A stretch of 64,000 nucleotides of DNA from Trichoplax sp. H2 (Eukaryota), in assembly GCA_003344405.1 (NCBI GenBank), contig NOWV01000023.1, positions 558,001 through 622,000 on the forward strand, given 5' to 3'. Every line of letters begins with the position of its first letter. Positions within the stretch are counted from its first letter, which is position 1. Under the pieces are notes generated by a model. That model saw only the letters and a list, made by a program, of their open reading frames with translations, ran no database searches and was not told the origin of the DNA. Below are positions 13,701-28,721 of this stretch, piece by piece. A program made the position numbers and the translations under genes.

Positions 13701-16700
13701 ATGATATCGTTCTATTCTCAATGATACTAAAATAGCTTAATATTTATTAATTTTGCTTGCGATTAATGCCATTAATATCTGTTATTCAGGCCCTGACTGT
13801 ATTTGTCAATGCTGCGGCGTTTCAATCTAATTTAGCTAAAATTTTGAAGCAATTTTGTTCCGATCCGTGCTCAACTGTCAGAAAGACGATTGCATGCAGC
13901 TTTCACGAGGTAGTGAATTAGTTTTTAATCTTTCATGAGAGTCATCCACGCTAATAAGACAACATTATGCCTAAATTTAGGTTGCCAAGATATTAGAAGA
14001 TGAAGCATCATCACTTTATTATAATTTGGTAGAGTTATTACAAGACCAGGACACTGAGGTATAGTTTGTAATTGATTGAAGGAGGATTATCAATGATCTC
14101 CAAGACGATATATTATCCATCTGCTGCTACAGTATACTTTCCTTTCTGTGTGCTTTTATTGAGTATACTGCTATCGCAAATCAATATAAAAATTTACAAA
14201 GCCAGCTAAACTTTACGTAAGACATATGATATTCTTATAGTCAAATGTTACGGTGAACAACTCAGTTTATTTTGCTGTAATTGCCGATAAGCTAAGCTTC
14301 AGATTAGATGTAATCGAGTTGTATGTAGTGTTCCAGGATTAGAATTAATTTTTTGTATTAGCTGCTGTAGTTTGAATATTAACATTTAAGTTACGGCAAC
14401 TATTCCTTACTAATACTGTTCTTTAATTAAATATTGAAATATCAACCATGCTTATAACCTATGGTGAGGATGCATTTGCTGTCTTGCTGCATGTTACAGT
14501 GTTGCCTATTAAATCATCCAATCAATAAAATCAGAGAATTAGTTTACTATTTTCGGCATTAACATTAACATAATAAGATGTCGGCAAAATATAACGGGTG
14601 CTATAACCCTTGCTAATTTTGTTAATCTTCTAATCTCGCTAATCAGATATAAATGCAATTACAGACAATATAAATTAATGCTTTTACAAAGTGACATTCA
14701 ATGCGTATACTGCATTTGTCTTTGATCCTTAATTGAATTGTATGACAAAGATCTACATTTTAGTAAACATATTCGTATGACATCGTAATAAAACAACTCC
14801 TTTATAGCCACTATTATCACAATAAGTTTACTCTAACCTGTACTAGACGAAATAGTTTATTACGTATAAATTTATCGCTGAAATACTGTAGTATGACTTA
14901 TATGACCTATTTTACTGCGTAGCTTTCGCAGGCTGTCTTTTCCCTCAATGGCTCTGGCCTTTACAGTCCTTTCCGAGTATATGTTCACAAACACGCTTAT
15001 GGAGTGCACTTTCTTGTCAATTCCTTGTAAAACACAATCTTTCCTTGTGATAATCTTCTTCAATTAGCTTCTGCATCTAGTCTGCTTCATTATCCAGGTC
15101 CAGGAACCCAGGCCCGGTTTGATTGTAATCTCTTATCGTAGATCTCAACCTTTAGATACCATTACTTCCCGGTCCGTATACTTAATTCCACTATCGTTAA
15201 CACCACCTAGCCTATCTTAGCAGATGCCGTTATCTTACTATTTCATGCTCTCAAGACCCCTAGCTTATAGCAGGTCTTTTTCTTACAGAATTACACTGTA
15301 GTAATAACATAATGGTAATAACGCACTACCGCCTAAATATCAGACATTTTCCGATAAAAGCAAATACATAATTAGATAGACACACAGTCTAGCAATGCAG
15401 TAGACCGTTACTATCAACTATGATAGGCCTACAGTACCTATTTTAATCATTGCATAATTAAATTCTGTTTCCATAGGTATTACGTTGCCTCATTCCTCAC
15501 CTTGATCAAAGCATAAGAAGCGTAGTAAAAAATTCAACTGACAAGGTATAAATACGAATATAACAGAGAGACAACATGTATCTCATATACAAAGCTATTT
15601 TCTAATGAAAGGTCGATATAATTTGAAAATTGTTACAGAACATAACAAATCTACTTTTGGCACTATCTATCTGTGAACGAACTGTAATTGCTTCTTGTAA
15701 ATGGCGACTTCATTGCGAATTACTAACAAGTTATCAGTGCCTAAGTAAAATTGCAACGTCTGAACAAATCTTTTCTCAATTTGTTCCGCATCTGTTCAAG
15801 CTATTAAGCTTTGCTGTAAGTCTATATATATAGTGTTTATTCGAGTTCACTTTCTTTCATATTAAATATTGATTCAGTAACTTATGGCAGTGTACAATAT
15901 ACTAGTCAAAATTTTTAGGAACAAGCTCTCTAAATTCGTTTGTAATGTATTAATTTCATCTAATAAATAGTCCAGAGAAAAAGTAAGGAAAGAACAATCT
16001 AATGATGAAATTAAAGAACCTATAAAAAATCAGGTAGAGTAAATAGCATTAAATTGATAATTGATAAATACTTTCAGTACTGATAGAATAAACGAGTATA
16101 AATGAAATGATTTATATCTGCCAGGAATACACTATAAATTCTGGTATATTCTAAGTGCAATTCCAATTATTGAAATTACCAAAATGCCATCATAAACATT
16201 CATTAACCGATTGATGAATATATTATACATTATTGCGTCGGCTACCTACTGAACTATTATCTAATAGTAGATTAAGCAATTGTAATGAAATAGTAAATTG
16301 AAGATAAATGAATCAGATAAACCGCAATTTAAAATATTTCTGGTTGCTGCATTTATTTACCTATGTTGTGTTTGAAACTGCTTCTGCAACAATTTTAGTA
16401 TGTTATCCCAGTTAAGTTAGCCGCTGCAAGAACTCTTTGCGTATTTCTACGCTACAATACTAAAGCTGATCAAAAGAAGGAAATTTGTCAACGATTAGTT
16501 GATGGTAAAGCAATTTTAAATTTCTTATAGGCAGAATTTAATGCAAATGAAGAATTCTCTATGTCAATGATGTCTGTAATTCTGTTCAAGACCATAGTCC
16601 TGACTTGAGAATCTTTTTTTAATATTAATTGACTAGACTATGGAAAAAGTGATAGCTACTTGAATCGATCTCTCTTTGTGGATATTTCTAAGATTGTTTT

Positions 16701-19250
16701 GGAAGTCTTTTCTCAAAAATATTTCAAGGATAATTTTATCGATGTTATCTTCCAATTAATGTCCGTAAGTGGGAATAATGTACATTAAATTAGTGGCCAA
16801 TCATGTTGATACTGTACAAGCAAAATCGTGTATCATTTATTGCAATTTTGTATTTTAATTTTGACACCATCGATATTAATGATTCTTTATGTCAATATAG
16901 GATCCTGTTGCCAATGTCAAATTGAAAATTTGCCCTATGTTAGCTAGCTTAAAATCAATTATGAAAATTCCTACTGACCACGTACTTATGAAGCAGCTGG
17001 AAGCATGTGTACTTAAAATGCTATCCAGTGAACGTGACAAAGATGTTTCAGAATCGCTGCGGAAGGTGATAGCCCTATGTACTCGTTAGTTATAATTTAA
17101 TTTTAAATGGCATCAGAAAGTTAAAGTGCAATCTTTGTATTCCCGATATTTAGGCTGTTTCGGAAATGGATAAAGTCCAAATTACCTTACAGACAGTGAG
17201 CTTAAGTTTTACCAGAAATGAAATGATCTTCATTTATAGTATATTATACTGTTTCTACTTTACTAGTCTTGATCAATAAACTCTATGTTATAATTTGATA
17301 TTTAAGTTTTATTTATCGCATGTTATTCACGTATAAATCTTAAAAATACTCTAAATATTCTTTTTTCTTAGTATTTAACAGATCATATATATTTATACTA
17401 CGCCATATCGTGAATTACTTTTAATATTCACATATTTATTATTTCAATAATTCACAAGTTTACTCTAAAAAATTTTATAAATGGTAATTAAAACGATTAT
17501 TAAAGGCTAAAAGCGTAACTCGAGCTGATTTTCTGCTGAGTATATCGAAGATTTCACGCATCTTATTCTCTATCAATTCTTAATAATTTATTGTCTTTTT
17601 GGTTAAAGTAACAATTGAAAAAAGTTTTATATCCATAATTTATACCTATAAATCTTCACTTCTTGCTATAGTCGAGCTCTCTATCACACGTCAAGCAAAA
17701 TGTAAAGGATAAAGAGAAAGAAGACGAAGAAAGACGAATTCTTTTGCAAGTACGTTTGCCAGTAATCCTTATAATGCTTTAAATTTGAATGATCTAGTAT
17801 AAGCTTGCTTGTATAAATAAGGCGGCTATAGTAATTAACATTCATGAAGCAAAGTTTTATAATCTACCAGTATCTTGCTCTGAGGTCTTATAATTAACAA
17901 TTAGTAGTAATGATAACAAGTCCAATGATCAGATTCAAATTAATTTAAAACTTTAAATTATACCAATAGGAAAAGGAAGAAGAAGCAAAAGTTAAATTAG
18001 CAACCAAGCCAAAGAAAACGAATTCGAGTAAAAAACATAGTAAGCGACTAAAATATTAAATTCAATTTGGATGACATGAATTGCATTTGCAGTAGTCGAT
18101 GCCGACACTGAATATCGACAGCTGCATCAGAAGATAAGAAAATCATGCTCTCGCTCTCCATTATAACTTTAAATATTAATAGGCAACTATTTGTATACAC
18201 TAGATAATGAAAAAATTAGCTTAAAAAAGGAAAATAATACGACGAAGCGGCCATCAATAGGAGTAGCTTCTTCAATTTCAAGTCGGCCTACAAGTAAGTT
18301 ATATCATATACCACATATATTTTGGAAATAGGAGCCATAGTATTGTTTCTTTCCATCATTATTGATTATATTTTTATATCTATTTAGAAGTAGCATGCAT
18401 AAAATTGTTTATATATAAATGCATGCAGCATCTCGATAAGGCTGTAATATCATTAGAACTAGTAAATTAGATAGAAAGCAGTTTTTGAACTCTAATTTAT
18501 TACATAGAGGTTTGATATTGAATAGATGGGAAAGATTAGGATTATTATGGTGTTGAATATATTTAAAAAAATTTTAATCGAGATGGATAAGTTATGATAT
18601 TTGACTTCCGTTTTGATTTAGCCTTGGGTGTGTCTTCTAGCAGTCAATCTTCCATTAATCACAATCACAAATCGACGCAAGCTGTAAAACTACCGCCTGC
18701 ACAAAAAGATTCTGTTACGGCTCAATCACGAAGTAAATTTCAAGTTACTAACGTTCAATCTGAAATTCGAAAGCAAAGAAGTAATAGTACACCACCACTT
18801 AATAGTCCTGGTTCATCGACTAGCAGCACTGGTACAAAATATCCAGGTAATATAGATATCAAAACGATTTAAAGTAATGTCATTGAATATGTGTTACATG
18901 TTTAAGGCTATAGTTATAATTCTTCTCTGCATTCTAAAATAAGGTGCTCGAAACAGTGTCTCCAAGAGCAAATCTTCAACGCAGTCGCTTAAGAGGTAAA
19001 GCCGTTATTAAGATCAAGATGGGAGATATTGTTATTTGCTGTTGAACTTGACAGATCGAAAAATGCATAATTTAAAATTCTGATTAAAATGGAAAAAACA
19101 CTATTTCATTTATAGTAATAATAGTGAATTGTAATGTATGAAATAGTTACCTAATTGTAAGCGTACTAACGATTTTGTTTACCTTACATCCATTAATTTA
19201 GCACAACATCTACAATGAAAAAATCAAATTCTACAACGGCCAAGCGTTAA
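4712..19250 (+). CDS. PPP4R4: Serine/threonine-protein phosphatase 4 regulatory subunit 4 (HEAT-repeat protein), ~24 exons
   Basis: Spliced exons (4712-4810, 5442-5515, 10855-10957, 11217-11364, ... 18944-18995, 19202-19250) give MDWEKY..IIK|TAEEIDSLTVDENLNDIERALFLLS, VKSLCQDVDYEVRGRMC, LPELIELLNDEESSVR, GKLCIGL, NCAYNFP, CKWRLHCELL, RTLCVFLRYN and DPVANVK, matching vertebrate PPP4R4 motifs in order; Ser-rich C-terminal tail; stop TAA 19248-19250. Confidence 0.93.
6460..6897. repeat. Intronic minisatellite, 4 copies of ~107-110 bp, in PPP4R4 intron 2
   Basis: Unit 'gtagaaa(t/c)ggattaaa..ttcataatgcaagat(t/c)aatcgatctac(c/t)taaagcc(a/c)agataattta.g.atcgat.ttc.atttcact' repeated four times. Confidence 0.88.
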
Positions 19251-22200
19251 GTATCTACAGGTCGTACAGATTTGTCCTCCAGCTAAAAATTTCGCCTATG
19301 CTGCGACACTTTTAATTGTGACATGGGTATTTACACTGCACTTCATTTCGAGTAGGTTATTACTCATTTATACAAAATATTAGATTATGAATAACTTTCT
19401 AATTGTTTGAAGATGAAATTAAAAGAAATGACAGATTTATACTTATACAGTATAAATTAATTGATATTAGTACTGATGCTTGCGAAATATCACGTCTTAT
19501 ATGGATAATAATAATAAACATATAAAGTTGGTCATTATAATGGATCAATTCGTAGAGAATTTTATATTCTATATATATTATCTTGACACAAAAAATAGAG
19601 TTTCCGGCTATTATAAAAGGAAAAAATCATTATTGCGGCTCTTTATGTTAATCCACTTAAGAATTATAAGAAATTTTGTTCATGTTAGACGAATATTCAT
19701 GCGATTACGATCATGAATATAGGTCTGATGTGGTAACATACGATTACTGCAAAATGTGGATACGTTATCCTCTTAGATTGTAATATGATGTAATTAAAGT
19801 TATATTCGGCAATTTTATTCTTGACAATGATAAATGTTTGCAATATGTAAGCATGATAGAGTAATGCATTAAATTGTCACTTATATTGTAATTTGAAAAT
19901 CATGATAATTAGGTTATAATAGAAATTTTATATTGCAGTTGTTTGAGAAAATCTTTTGTTGGTAAATATTATTGAAAGTATAAAAATTGAATTAGATTCG
20001 TGGAAAAATAAAACTTTATGTTAGATATAGACTGATAAACGTATTACCTATAAGAGTTATTTTGACTGTGCTTATCGATTAAAGGTAATGAAGGAGATTT
20101 TACAATCATTAATGCTAAATTAGAGGGATTGATAGAATCTGGTTAGTTTCTTTCTCTTCTAGTTTGTACCGTAATTTGATATTAACTGGAGGTAACAGAT
20201 ATGGAAAATATTGGCGTACCGTGTCCTAAAATTTATTGTAAAAATTATAACTATAGTGATTCCTACAGTAAGCATCAATGGTACGTCATATAAAAGTACT
20301 ATAGTTACTAAACTTAGTCATCTAATTCTTGACGGTAGTAGGTAACATGGTATGCCGTTGATTTGTCATCAGATTCGACAATCCAAGTGCATACAGCTTT
20401 ACAGTATAGGCCTAACATTCGGTATTGTACTTTTTGCAATACGCTTTAATACAATGTTAATAAATTATAATTAATCAATCATTCATTTTGGAAATTAAAG
20501 ACATACATAAATATTAGCGATGATGGAGATATTATATCGTCCCAAACTAATCAGTATGCCACTTAGTCCAATCAATCATATTGAAGATAATTTATGTACA
20601 TTGGAATACTAGGTCTAATAGTTATAAATTGAGAGCTTATTAATAATACGAACAATATTTCTCAGCAATAGCTGTATAATCTATTGAAACATAATAGTAT
20701 GATTTGATTCTTTGAAGCGATCTTTCTCGTTAATGCTGATATACTGTTCAATCAATCCATTAGTTGACCGGTTATGCATTTCAAGGAAATATCAATTTTA
20801 TTTACTTTGATACCATGTACAGTATTGTAATAGTATTAAGCACAGTTTATTGACAATAATTTATGTCGTTACCGTATCTATAAATAAAAGTTCTTTAATG
20901 CATTTTAGCAATACACGATCATACAGTAACTTTCTAAGAACTCTAATTAATCTTGCATTAGTATGTAGGTAAAATACTTCCTTAGGAAATTTAACCAAGG
21001 ATACAAGGAGGTTTCTAAGCTAGTGTTAAACAATAATTCTACAATTATAGAAATAACCAAAATAGTAATTAGTTACCTATTCATACAGACCTTCTACTTA
21101 ACAAAATAAGATACTCCACTATCATAATTTGATTAGCAAAAATTAATATTTTAAGTTAATGATAAATTATTTCCTTTTAGTCTATTAAATATTGCAATTT
21201 ATACTTGAAAATTTAACATGTTACACTGCTAGAATCGATACGTAGTATGATATGGAAGCCGTATTATAATAATTGATAAAATAATTGCGAACGACTATTT
21301 ATACTATAAATGTCTTAAAATCTCACGCCTAATAAACAAATGTTTTATATTCTGCCTGCTGACATTACAAAGTGTGTTGGTATAAAGACGTACTGTAAGA
21401 TACTTGTATAAGTAACCTAAAGCTAATTCGTATATAAACACAAATATTATATAATTGTATCCGAAAGTAATAATAATACATACCTTACGGAATACATTTC
21501 TGCTTTGGTCGAGAATACCATGCCGTGTAAGTTCCTCAATGTTTGAAGAATTACTTTTTATGAAGTTATTGCGCTGTGCACTGTAATTAACTATCTATGT
21601 TTCAGTCTAAAGTGATTTTACTAAAGCTATCTTACAGTAATGAATACAAATTTGATTATATATTGTTAAAATTACACATACTGTGTTGGATTTTATTTCG
21701 TATACGATACAGTGAATACTCATATCCTGTGCATCATAGACAAAAACTTGATGATCATTAATTGCCCAAAGAGGGCTAGCACTTCAACTTAATAAGTTGT
21801 TTTGACAGATTGGTGTATAGTAGCTTTAAATATATATATATATATATAAGTGCTAATATTTCTATTACATTTGTTGAATAGAGATTGAGAAAAAGGAGGG
21901 GACCATAATTTGCTTTCAAGTTGCAAGGTGATAAAATAATAGATGAAAAGGTAAAAAGTAATAGTACATATAAAAAAGCATGTATAAATAACAAGATTGG
22001 TTTATATTGTTGCAAATCCGAAATTGGTTATTTCGTATGCATATGAATTACTCATTATACAAGAAACTAACAGCAGTATAAAAAAAACACGAAATGAATG
22101 CTGCTACTTTGAGCTATGGGATCAGAAAATCTAGTTTACAATTTATTAGCTATCTTACTATACAGTAATACTTTTTCAATAGAAAAATAGTATTAATGTT

Positions 22201-23066
22201 ACACTATGGAGGTGATATACGTATTTAGTGTTTAAATATAATAAAATATCTAAACATTGCTTTTTATATTAGTGTAAGAAAATACGTTTACCTTCTTATG
22301 CTATATTCTAAAAATAATAATATTATTATTCTTCTAGAAGTACAGTATCTATACATCCTCAGAATTCCCTATATTATAGCATTATTACTTGATATACTTG
22401 TAGTTAATAGTGGTACTACATACGTAAAAGGAGAAACTACTGCTTATAAATATTTGCAAATGCCAGAAAGCAAACCGGTTAAAAATAATAGCATACAATA
22501 TTTGATATCAGTTGGTAAGAGCAATCTTCAATATTATAAAGGGACGAAAAATCAACAAGAGATCAGATACAATAATTACAGTCACGGAATAGATTGAATA
22601 TGATGATTAACTTTCTATTTTAGGTACAAGAAAAATAAGGAATGTAATTCCTGACCTACTTTTTCATGTGATAACAGGCGAATTAAATATATATAAAAAG
22701 GTTTCTTTGAGAACTAATGCTATATGATAGCAAATTTTAAAATAGAAAAAAAAATAGCTACTGCAAAGATATTGTACTTGCAATCGATAATCGTTGCAAT
22801 ATTTCGTCATATACGTAAATTGTCTCTATTAAAAGTACATGAGCTGATAACAAATTACTTACATCACTGTCATAGACACATCATTTAAAATCATAACTTC
22901 GAAGCTTTAAAGACAAATGACTTGATATTTAACTAATATGAATAAGCTTCAATTTATTTACCTATGAATACAAATGAATACGCTTACAATTGAATAACAA
23001 ATACACACATTTTAAACATTGTTTTGAAAAGAATTTCATATGACCGTCTGTGCTGTGAATTGTTCA

Positions 23067-25304
23067 TTATTTTGCTTGTAAATCTCCTAACGTACTAGTT
23101 CCCATCCATAGATCGTCGTCGTCACTATTAAGCTGGGCTATCAATTCCGAATTTAACCGATTTAGGCTGTTATTAAGGTAATCAGTTTTACTTTCTTCGG
23201 CTGCAATTTGATTATAAATTTCATCAGTGGCAATGGTATCGGAATCGTTGTGTGGTGAAGCTGAGCTAAGGAATAAATCTTGTCCGAAAAGCTCGCGCGC
23301 TGCCTCTTCGGCTGTCATGTTATCTTGTATATCCATTTCAACTTCAGGTACCATTTGCTGGCTATCTATGGCATATAAGCTAGGCGTCAAAGGTCTACAT
23401 TCAGTCTTGAACATATTATAGTTATTGTTGACTTGAATATCGTGACTAAATGAGCCTGGCATGGTTGCATTATGACTTGCGCCGATATAATTATGGTGTT
23501 CTGAAATTATATCATAACTAGGTATGTTGGCATAATTAATATCTTTCATTTCACCAATTTTATTATTATTATTGTTCATTCCTCTCTTATGCTCGCTCTC
23601 GTGGTCTTTACTTATTTTAACATTGTTTTCTCCTATGCTTTTATTCGAGCCACTCTTTTGCCACAAACAATCGAATAACTCTGTAATTATTGAAATAACC
23701 ATGATAAGATCCAAGCCATAATATGTTTACGGTTAAAATAATTATTAACTGGTAGAAAGTATGCTTTATGGTACTACAAAATAATTTTTTACCTGGGTAT
23801 TTCATGCTTGCTCGGATGTCGTCAGCGTACTTCTTTTGCAATTTATCTATTTCTTTCTCGATAATTTCGAGGCGATCGGGTGACATGGCCCATAGACTGC
23901 CTTTTTTGTGTGACGTTCCTTCAGGCCTTTCTTTTTTCATAAATGTTTTATTTAGAGATAAGTTATGTCTTACGGAGTTCTACAAATTTTGAACGAAAGC
24001 AATCAGAATAGACATCATCAACATCATGCTGATACTTTTTGTGGAAGATAATTTAGGTACCAATAGATTATATTAGCTCATACCTTCCATCCATCAGGTG
24101 CAGTTAGAAAGTATGGAAAGTTCTCTCTGTTAAGTAAGATAGCAAATGGAGATAATTCGTTATTGGAGATATTGGGTTACAGTACTATAAAAGCATGCCA
24201 TGGTTTCTAATTTTCATGTTAAGAGTTTATACAGTTTAAGGACACAGTAGTAATAATTACTATTGGTACTTATGCGGTGGTTGTTTAAGTAATACTTGAC
24301 TTTCTATCGCGATGTCATCAATGTGAAATGGGTAAAACAATTTGAGTTGAATTGGTCATGAACATCATCACTTACTGGATATACTTGTAAATATCGCTGA
24401 CAGGTAATTTTCCACTATTGCTATTTTTCAACGCCATCGAAATGAGGCAAGAATAGGAATACACTGGTTTTGGCCAAGGACGTTCCATATTTGATTTATT
24501 GGCATTGTTATGTCCAATTGAATCGACATCTTTAATTGGTACATTAGTGATGCAATTCTTGTTGCAATTGTTGTCATTGACATATATTTGCTGCTGGATT
24601 GGCCCTAAAGGGTTGTTTTCGTCAGTAATATTGGATGGACTTGGATTCATATTTTTCTTGGGAGTAGTGACAACGTTATCGATCGCCGCTGCTGGACTAC
24701 ATCGATCCATTTGAATTTGGTGATGCCGATTATTGATCATACCGGAATGGACAATAATTGGTTGCATGGGCATGGAACTAGTCGATACGCCTGCAACGTT
24801 GGTCATGATCGATTGTTGCATTGCTGCTGTTATCGATACTGGATGAGATACTAAGTAGGAATCTGGATTATTCATTTGGCAATTATCTACTGGAGATGGT
24901 TGTTGGTGTTGCATGGCTTGGTGAAGTTGTTGTTGTTGTTGCTGCTGCTGATCACATGTAGGATTAGAGTTATTATTAGGGATATTAAGTGAGTGAAGCC
25001 AACCTAAACTCGTTAAATCATTCGGTGATTCATAATTTGCATGCATTTGCTGATGCTGCTGTTGTTGTTGTTGTTGTTGCTGCTGCTGTTGCTGCTGATG
25101 CTGATGCTGCTGCTGATGCTGATGCTGATGCTGTTGCTGTTGCCCTTGTTGATCGAAATTTTTAGCAATACCATCGTTGGCAACTTTCAATTTTTTACTT
25201 TGTTGTCTTTTCCGTGGTGACATTACTTGATAATTGGCTGATAAGTCTTTATGCTTTTTATAATCTGCTGGATGATAGATAGCAATATTGATGATAGATG
25301 ACAT
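23067..25304 (-). CDS. FOXN: Forkhead box transcription factor, FoxN class (FoxN1/4-like), 4 coding exons
   Basis: Exons 25304(or ATG 25223)-24376, 24126-24084, 23979-23793 and 23680-23067 with GT-AG boundaries give [80 protein letters not shown]; polyQ N-terminus and acidic C-terminus; start codon uncertain. Confidence 0.93.
25047..25151 (-). repeat. Coding CAG/CAA/CAT repeat (polyQ/QH tract) in FoxN
   Basis: tgctgc/tgttgt/tgatgc runs on + strand encode [19 protein letters not shown](Q)n; a second short polyQ at ~24928-24951. Confidence 0.9.
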
Positions 25305-25850
25305 AATCAAGAAAAAGAAAGAAAAAATAAAAACTAATTTGAAGTCAAAAAAATGGTTGAAAAATTTGAAGCAATAATGCGTTTAACAATCCACAACTAA
25401 TGCAATGCTTGAGACCATACGTAGTGATGTTTTCACCATAAATGCTTTCAATCGCAAAGCATAAGATAAGTGCAAAATGGGTCAAGAAGAATGTTATCCC
25501 AGTTTTCAAATTGATCAATAGCTTAGGTACGAATTTTCTCCTTGTAGCGATAATATCGATGTAGAAATCAATCTAAGTCGATTTTCGATGGAAGATTGCG
25601 ATGTCGATGATAAGCAAGACTGCCGTCAAGTTGATAATTCAATGATTTACAACTGCGGAATGGCTGAGGTATGAATCAGGTTTTTAAAATTTAAATGATC
25701 CATTGTGATTGGTGGAGAATGTATATTAACGGTAACCCTACCAACAAATGATTCATTGATTATTATTGATTGTCAATGAGTCATACAGGACAGCATAAAT
25801 AGGTCCAACTCATTCTATTAATCAATAGAGAACCACGACCTAGTGTCGGT

Positions 25851-25860
25851 GGCCAATCAG
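25851..25860 (+). promoter_or_regulatory. CCAAT box (NF-Y consensus) upstream of FoxN
   Basis: GGCCAATCAG matches RRCCAATCAG; a reverse copy TGATTGGT lies at ~25706. Confidence 0.4.
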
Positions 25861-25895
25861 CGTCTACAATCTTACAATGGCCAGGTATTACTCAT

Positions 25896-26330
25896 CCAGT
25901 CCAGTACAGTACAGTACTGTACAGTAGACCAGACCATTAAGACCTTTAAAAGCTGTACAGTACAGTACAGTACTGTACAGTACAATACTGGACAGTCTAC
26001 AGTGTACAGTACCTTTGCATTCAGTACAAGTATGATTATTTTCGATGTCTCCTCTTCGTTAAAAAATTAAAGTTGTATTCCGTTGAAATTCCTGTATAGT
26101 ATTTATATATACCCATAGAAGCATATCTCCCAATATAGATTATCATGATAACATGAACGTACTATGTCAATAAATAAGAACCAAGTTGGCATTCCTGAGC
26201 TATTAGGCTACAACCAAGTATAGGATTTATCTAGTTTGGGTCTGATTTAGCCTATACAATTATATGTTTTCGGGGTGCCATCGAAAATAATCACACTTGT
26301 ACAGTACAGTACAGTACAGTACAGTACAAT
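25896..26330. repeat. TACAG/CTGTA pentamer arrays upstream of FoxN
   Basis: cagtacagtacagtactgtacagta (25902-25926), a similar run at 25953-26012, and an (acagt)n run at 26298-26329. Confidence 0.85.
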
Positions 26331-28721
26331 GTGGACGGGCTAATTTCTATGATTTTGGTGCAAACAGATAGATTAAATTTTTTTTTTTTTTTGGACAAAT
26401 TTTATATCAGTGTAAACGACTGGACGTTACAAACAACCTGAACGGGAAATTTGCACAATTGTACTGTACGTGTAAGAAAAAGGAGATTAATTAATTGCTT
26501 ATGAGGAAAAGAACGAAGCAGAAATAAACAAATTTATACATTAACAGAGTTCATGGCTAAAGTGTCACGCAAAGAGGTATTCTACTGCTACATACCAGCC
26601 ATCGGAGTAGATCCGCTTCATGTCACAGAAAGTTGTTTACTCTTGATATACTGTACTGTACAGTACGTATAGCATCAAATATAGAAAGTAGTAAAAGTAG
26701 ATCACTAGCAGATGGTTACTACCGTGGTTTATATAGCAGGAATAGATAGGTGTGGTGATCGAGTGATGCAATCAATATTATTTGAAAAGCCAATCAAACG
26801 TGCATTGCACTTTTGCATACTGAATAGTGAATTGAGAAAATGATTATTCATACTTAATCAGAACTTAACCTTGTACATGGTCATGTACTGTAGTTGACTA
26901 GAACTTGTGCTTTATTAATTATTTGTATAGGAAGGCGCCACAATACCGGAAACATATGATCACGATAGTGGCCTTAGGTTTGGCAATGGCCATAATGTAT
27001 TATAGGCTATAATATAGTATATTACACCGCAAGCTGCAACGCAGTGCAAATAATTTCATGACGCCCAAATGTGTTGTTACTGTTTTTAGAACATAAAATA
27101 CATCATATTAAATACTCTGGTTAAAGTTGCGCAAAAAAAAAAAAATGACGTTCTATTCTCAAAATAGTAAATTAGAATTCAGATGAGTACGATATTGGTA
27201 TGATGGAACGAGTTGAATAATATACTCACGTATACCGGTATACATACGATATACGCATATACGAGTATACGAATATGTACGTTTCTATGCCATTAAAGGT
27301 TTGCCTTTAATGCAGCCCTAGCGTCGTATCGATCGATAACTTGTTCAGTAGCGATAGAAAAAATAGAAATTCAATAAAAAATAATACTATAATGTAATAC
27401 GAAGTAGGAGAAGGATCGAATGTCAAAATCAAATCATTCTAGATCATTTGGAATAGTTAACACATGCTAAAGTATAGGTCGGAACTACATGAATATCAGA
27501 ATCTATAAAATTATAATGACATTTCGAATTGTAGCTGTTTAACATTCTACGTAATTGCATATTCATCTATTGCACCGGCAACACTACTATATACAATTAT
27601 TGTACATCCAGTATAGGCGTATTGTTCTATACAGTGAAGAAATAAAAGAAAGGAGTTATACTAGCTCAGTAGAACAAATTATGGTTATGTAGTCATGATT
27701 TTAGGCTTATTCTCCGCTCATTTATTTTGAATGAGGATTCACCAAGTGGCGCTACAATATATCGAATCATAATGACAGCTGAATCTTTAAGGACAGGAAA
27801 TTTACTGCATGACTTGTTAAGACCAAACACACGGCAAAGAGTGACAGATGGAGGTTATTATTAAAACGTGTTATATGGTAGGATGGGTTAAGCATCTTGT
27901 AATAGTTAATTCGTATGGCCGGTTTTAGCAAGTGCAGGTGTTTATTTGAGAAAATAGCTGGTTCGTTAGAGTTTATTTTTACACTTGTAAGGGTAATAAA
28001 GCTATGGTAAATTTACGTTTAGTTTTAAATAAATAAATTAATTTAATTAACAGTAAATTAAATTGAACTGTTCCAAGTACAGTACATGCATCCAAAAAGC
28101 AATCATGTATTGATTGATTGATTTAGTTTTTATTGGAATTTATTTTACTGCTATTTACAGATAGGCAGATATTTGCTTCCTTTATAGTATGAACTAAAAT
28201 AGAATTTATCAACACTCCTGCTTCCCGGAATATGTGAAAAGTGCTTCTGTAGAATGATTTCAGCTAATTGCAGTAGATATATATTAGTGGATACAGGATA
28301 CGATGCCGTGTCGAGCTCGAGTTTAGAACTCATGCTTCTGCAAACTGTAATCTGCGGTGTGTCACAGTCTAATCATCGTGGAGTACAGTAAAGTACTGCA
28401 CAGTTCTGTATATCTGGTTACGGCCAAAGTCGGTAATGCAGCCATTAGCGGTATATTGGCTGGCCAGTTTCATACCTATTGCTTTTAAATAAAATTTGCA
28501 TGAACGTTTGTAGCTATGCAGTTAAGCAAGGCTTTTGCAGCTAGGCATTTAGCATGACCATTATACATGCTTTACTGTCAGAAACAAACTATCCAAGTGG
28601 CCTTTGCAAAAGAAAAGACTTGACTTTTCTAGTCAATTTAAGCTTACAAAAACATAATCTACTTGAAGTACCGAAGTTATTATTACATTACAGTACAGTA
28701 TACCGTGCAGTATAAGACCAC

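Noticed and set aside
23227..24714. Plus-strand ORFs overlapping FoxN
   Set aside because: Antisense shadows of real coding exons
25843..26070. ORFs containing VQYSTVQY-type peptides (also 36469-36856 and 53818-54021)
   Set aside because: These are translations of the TACAG pentamer arrays, with no splice or family support
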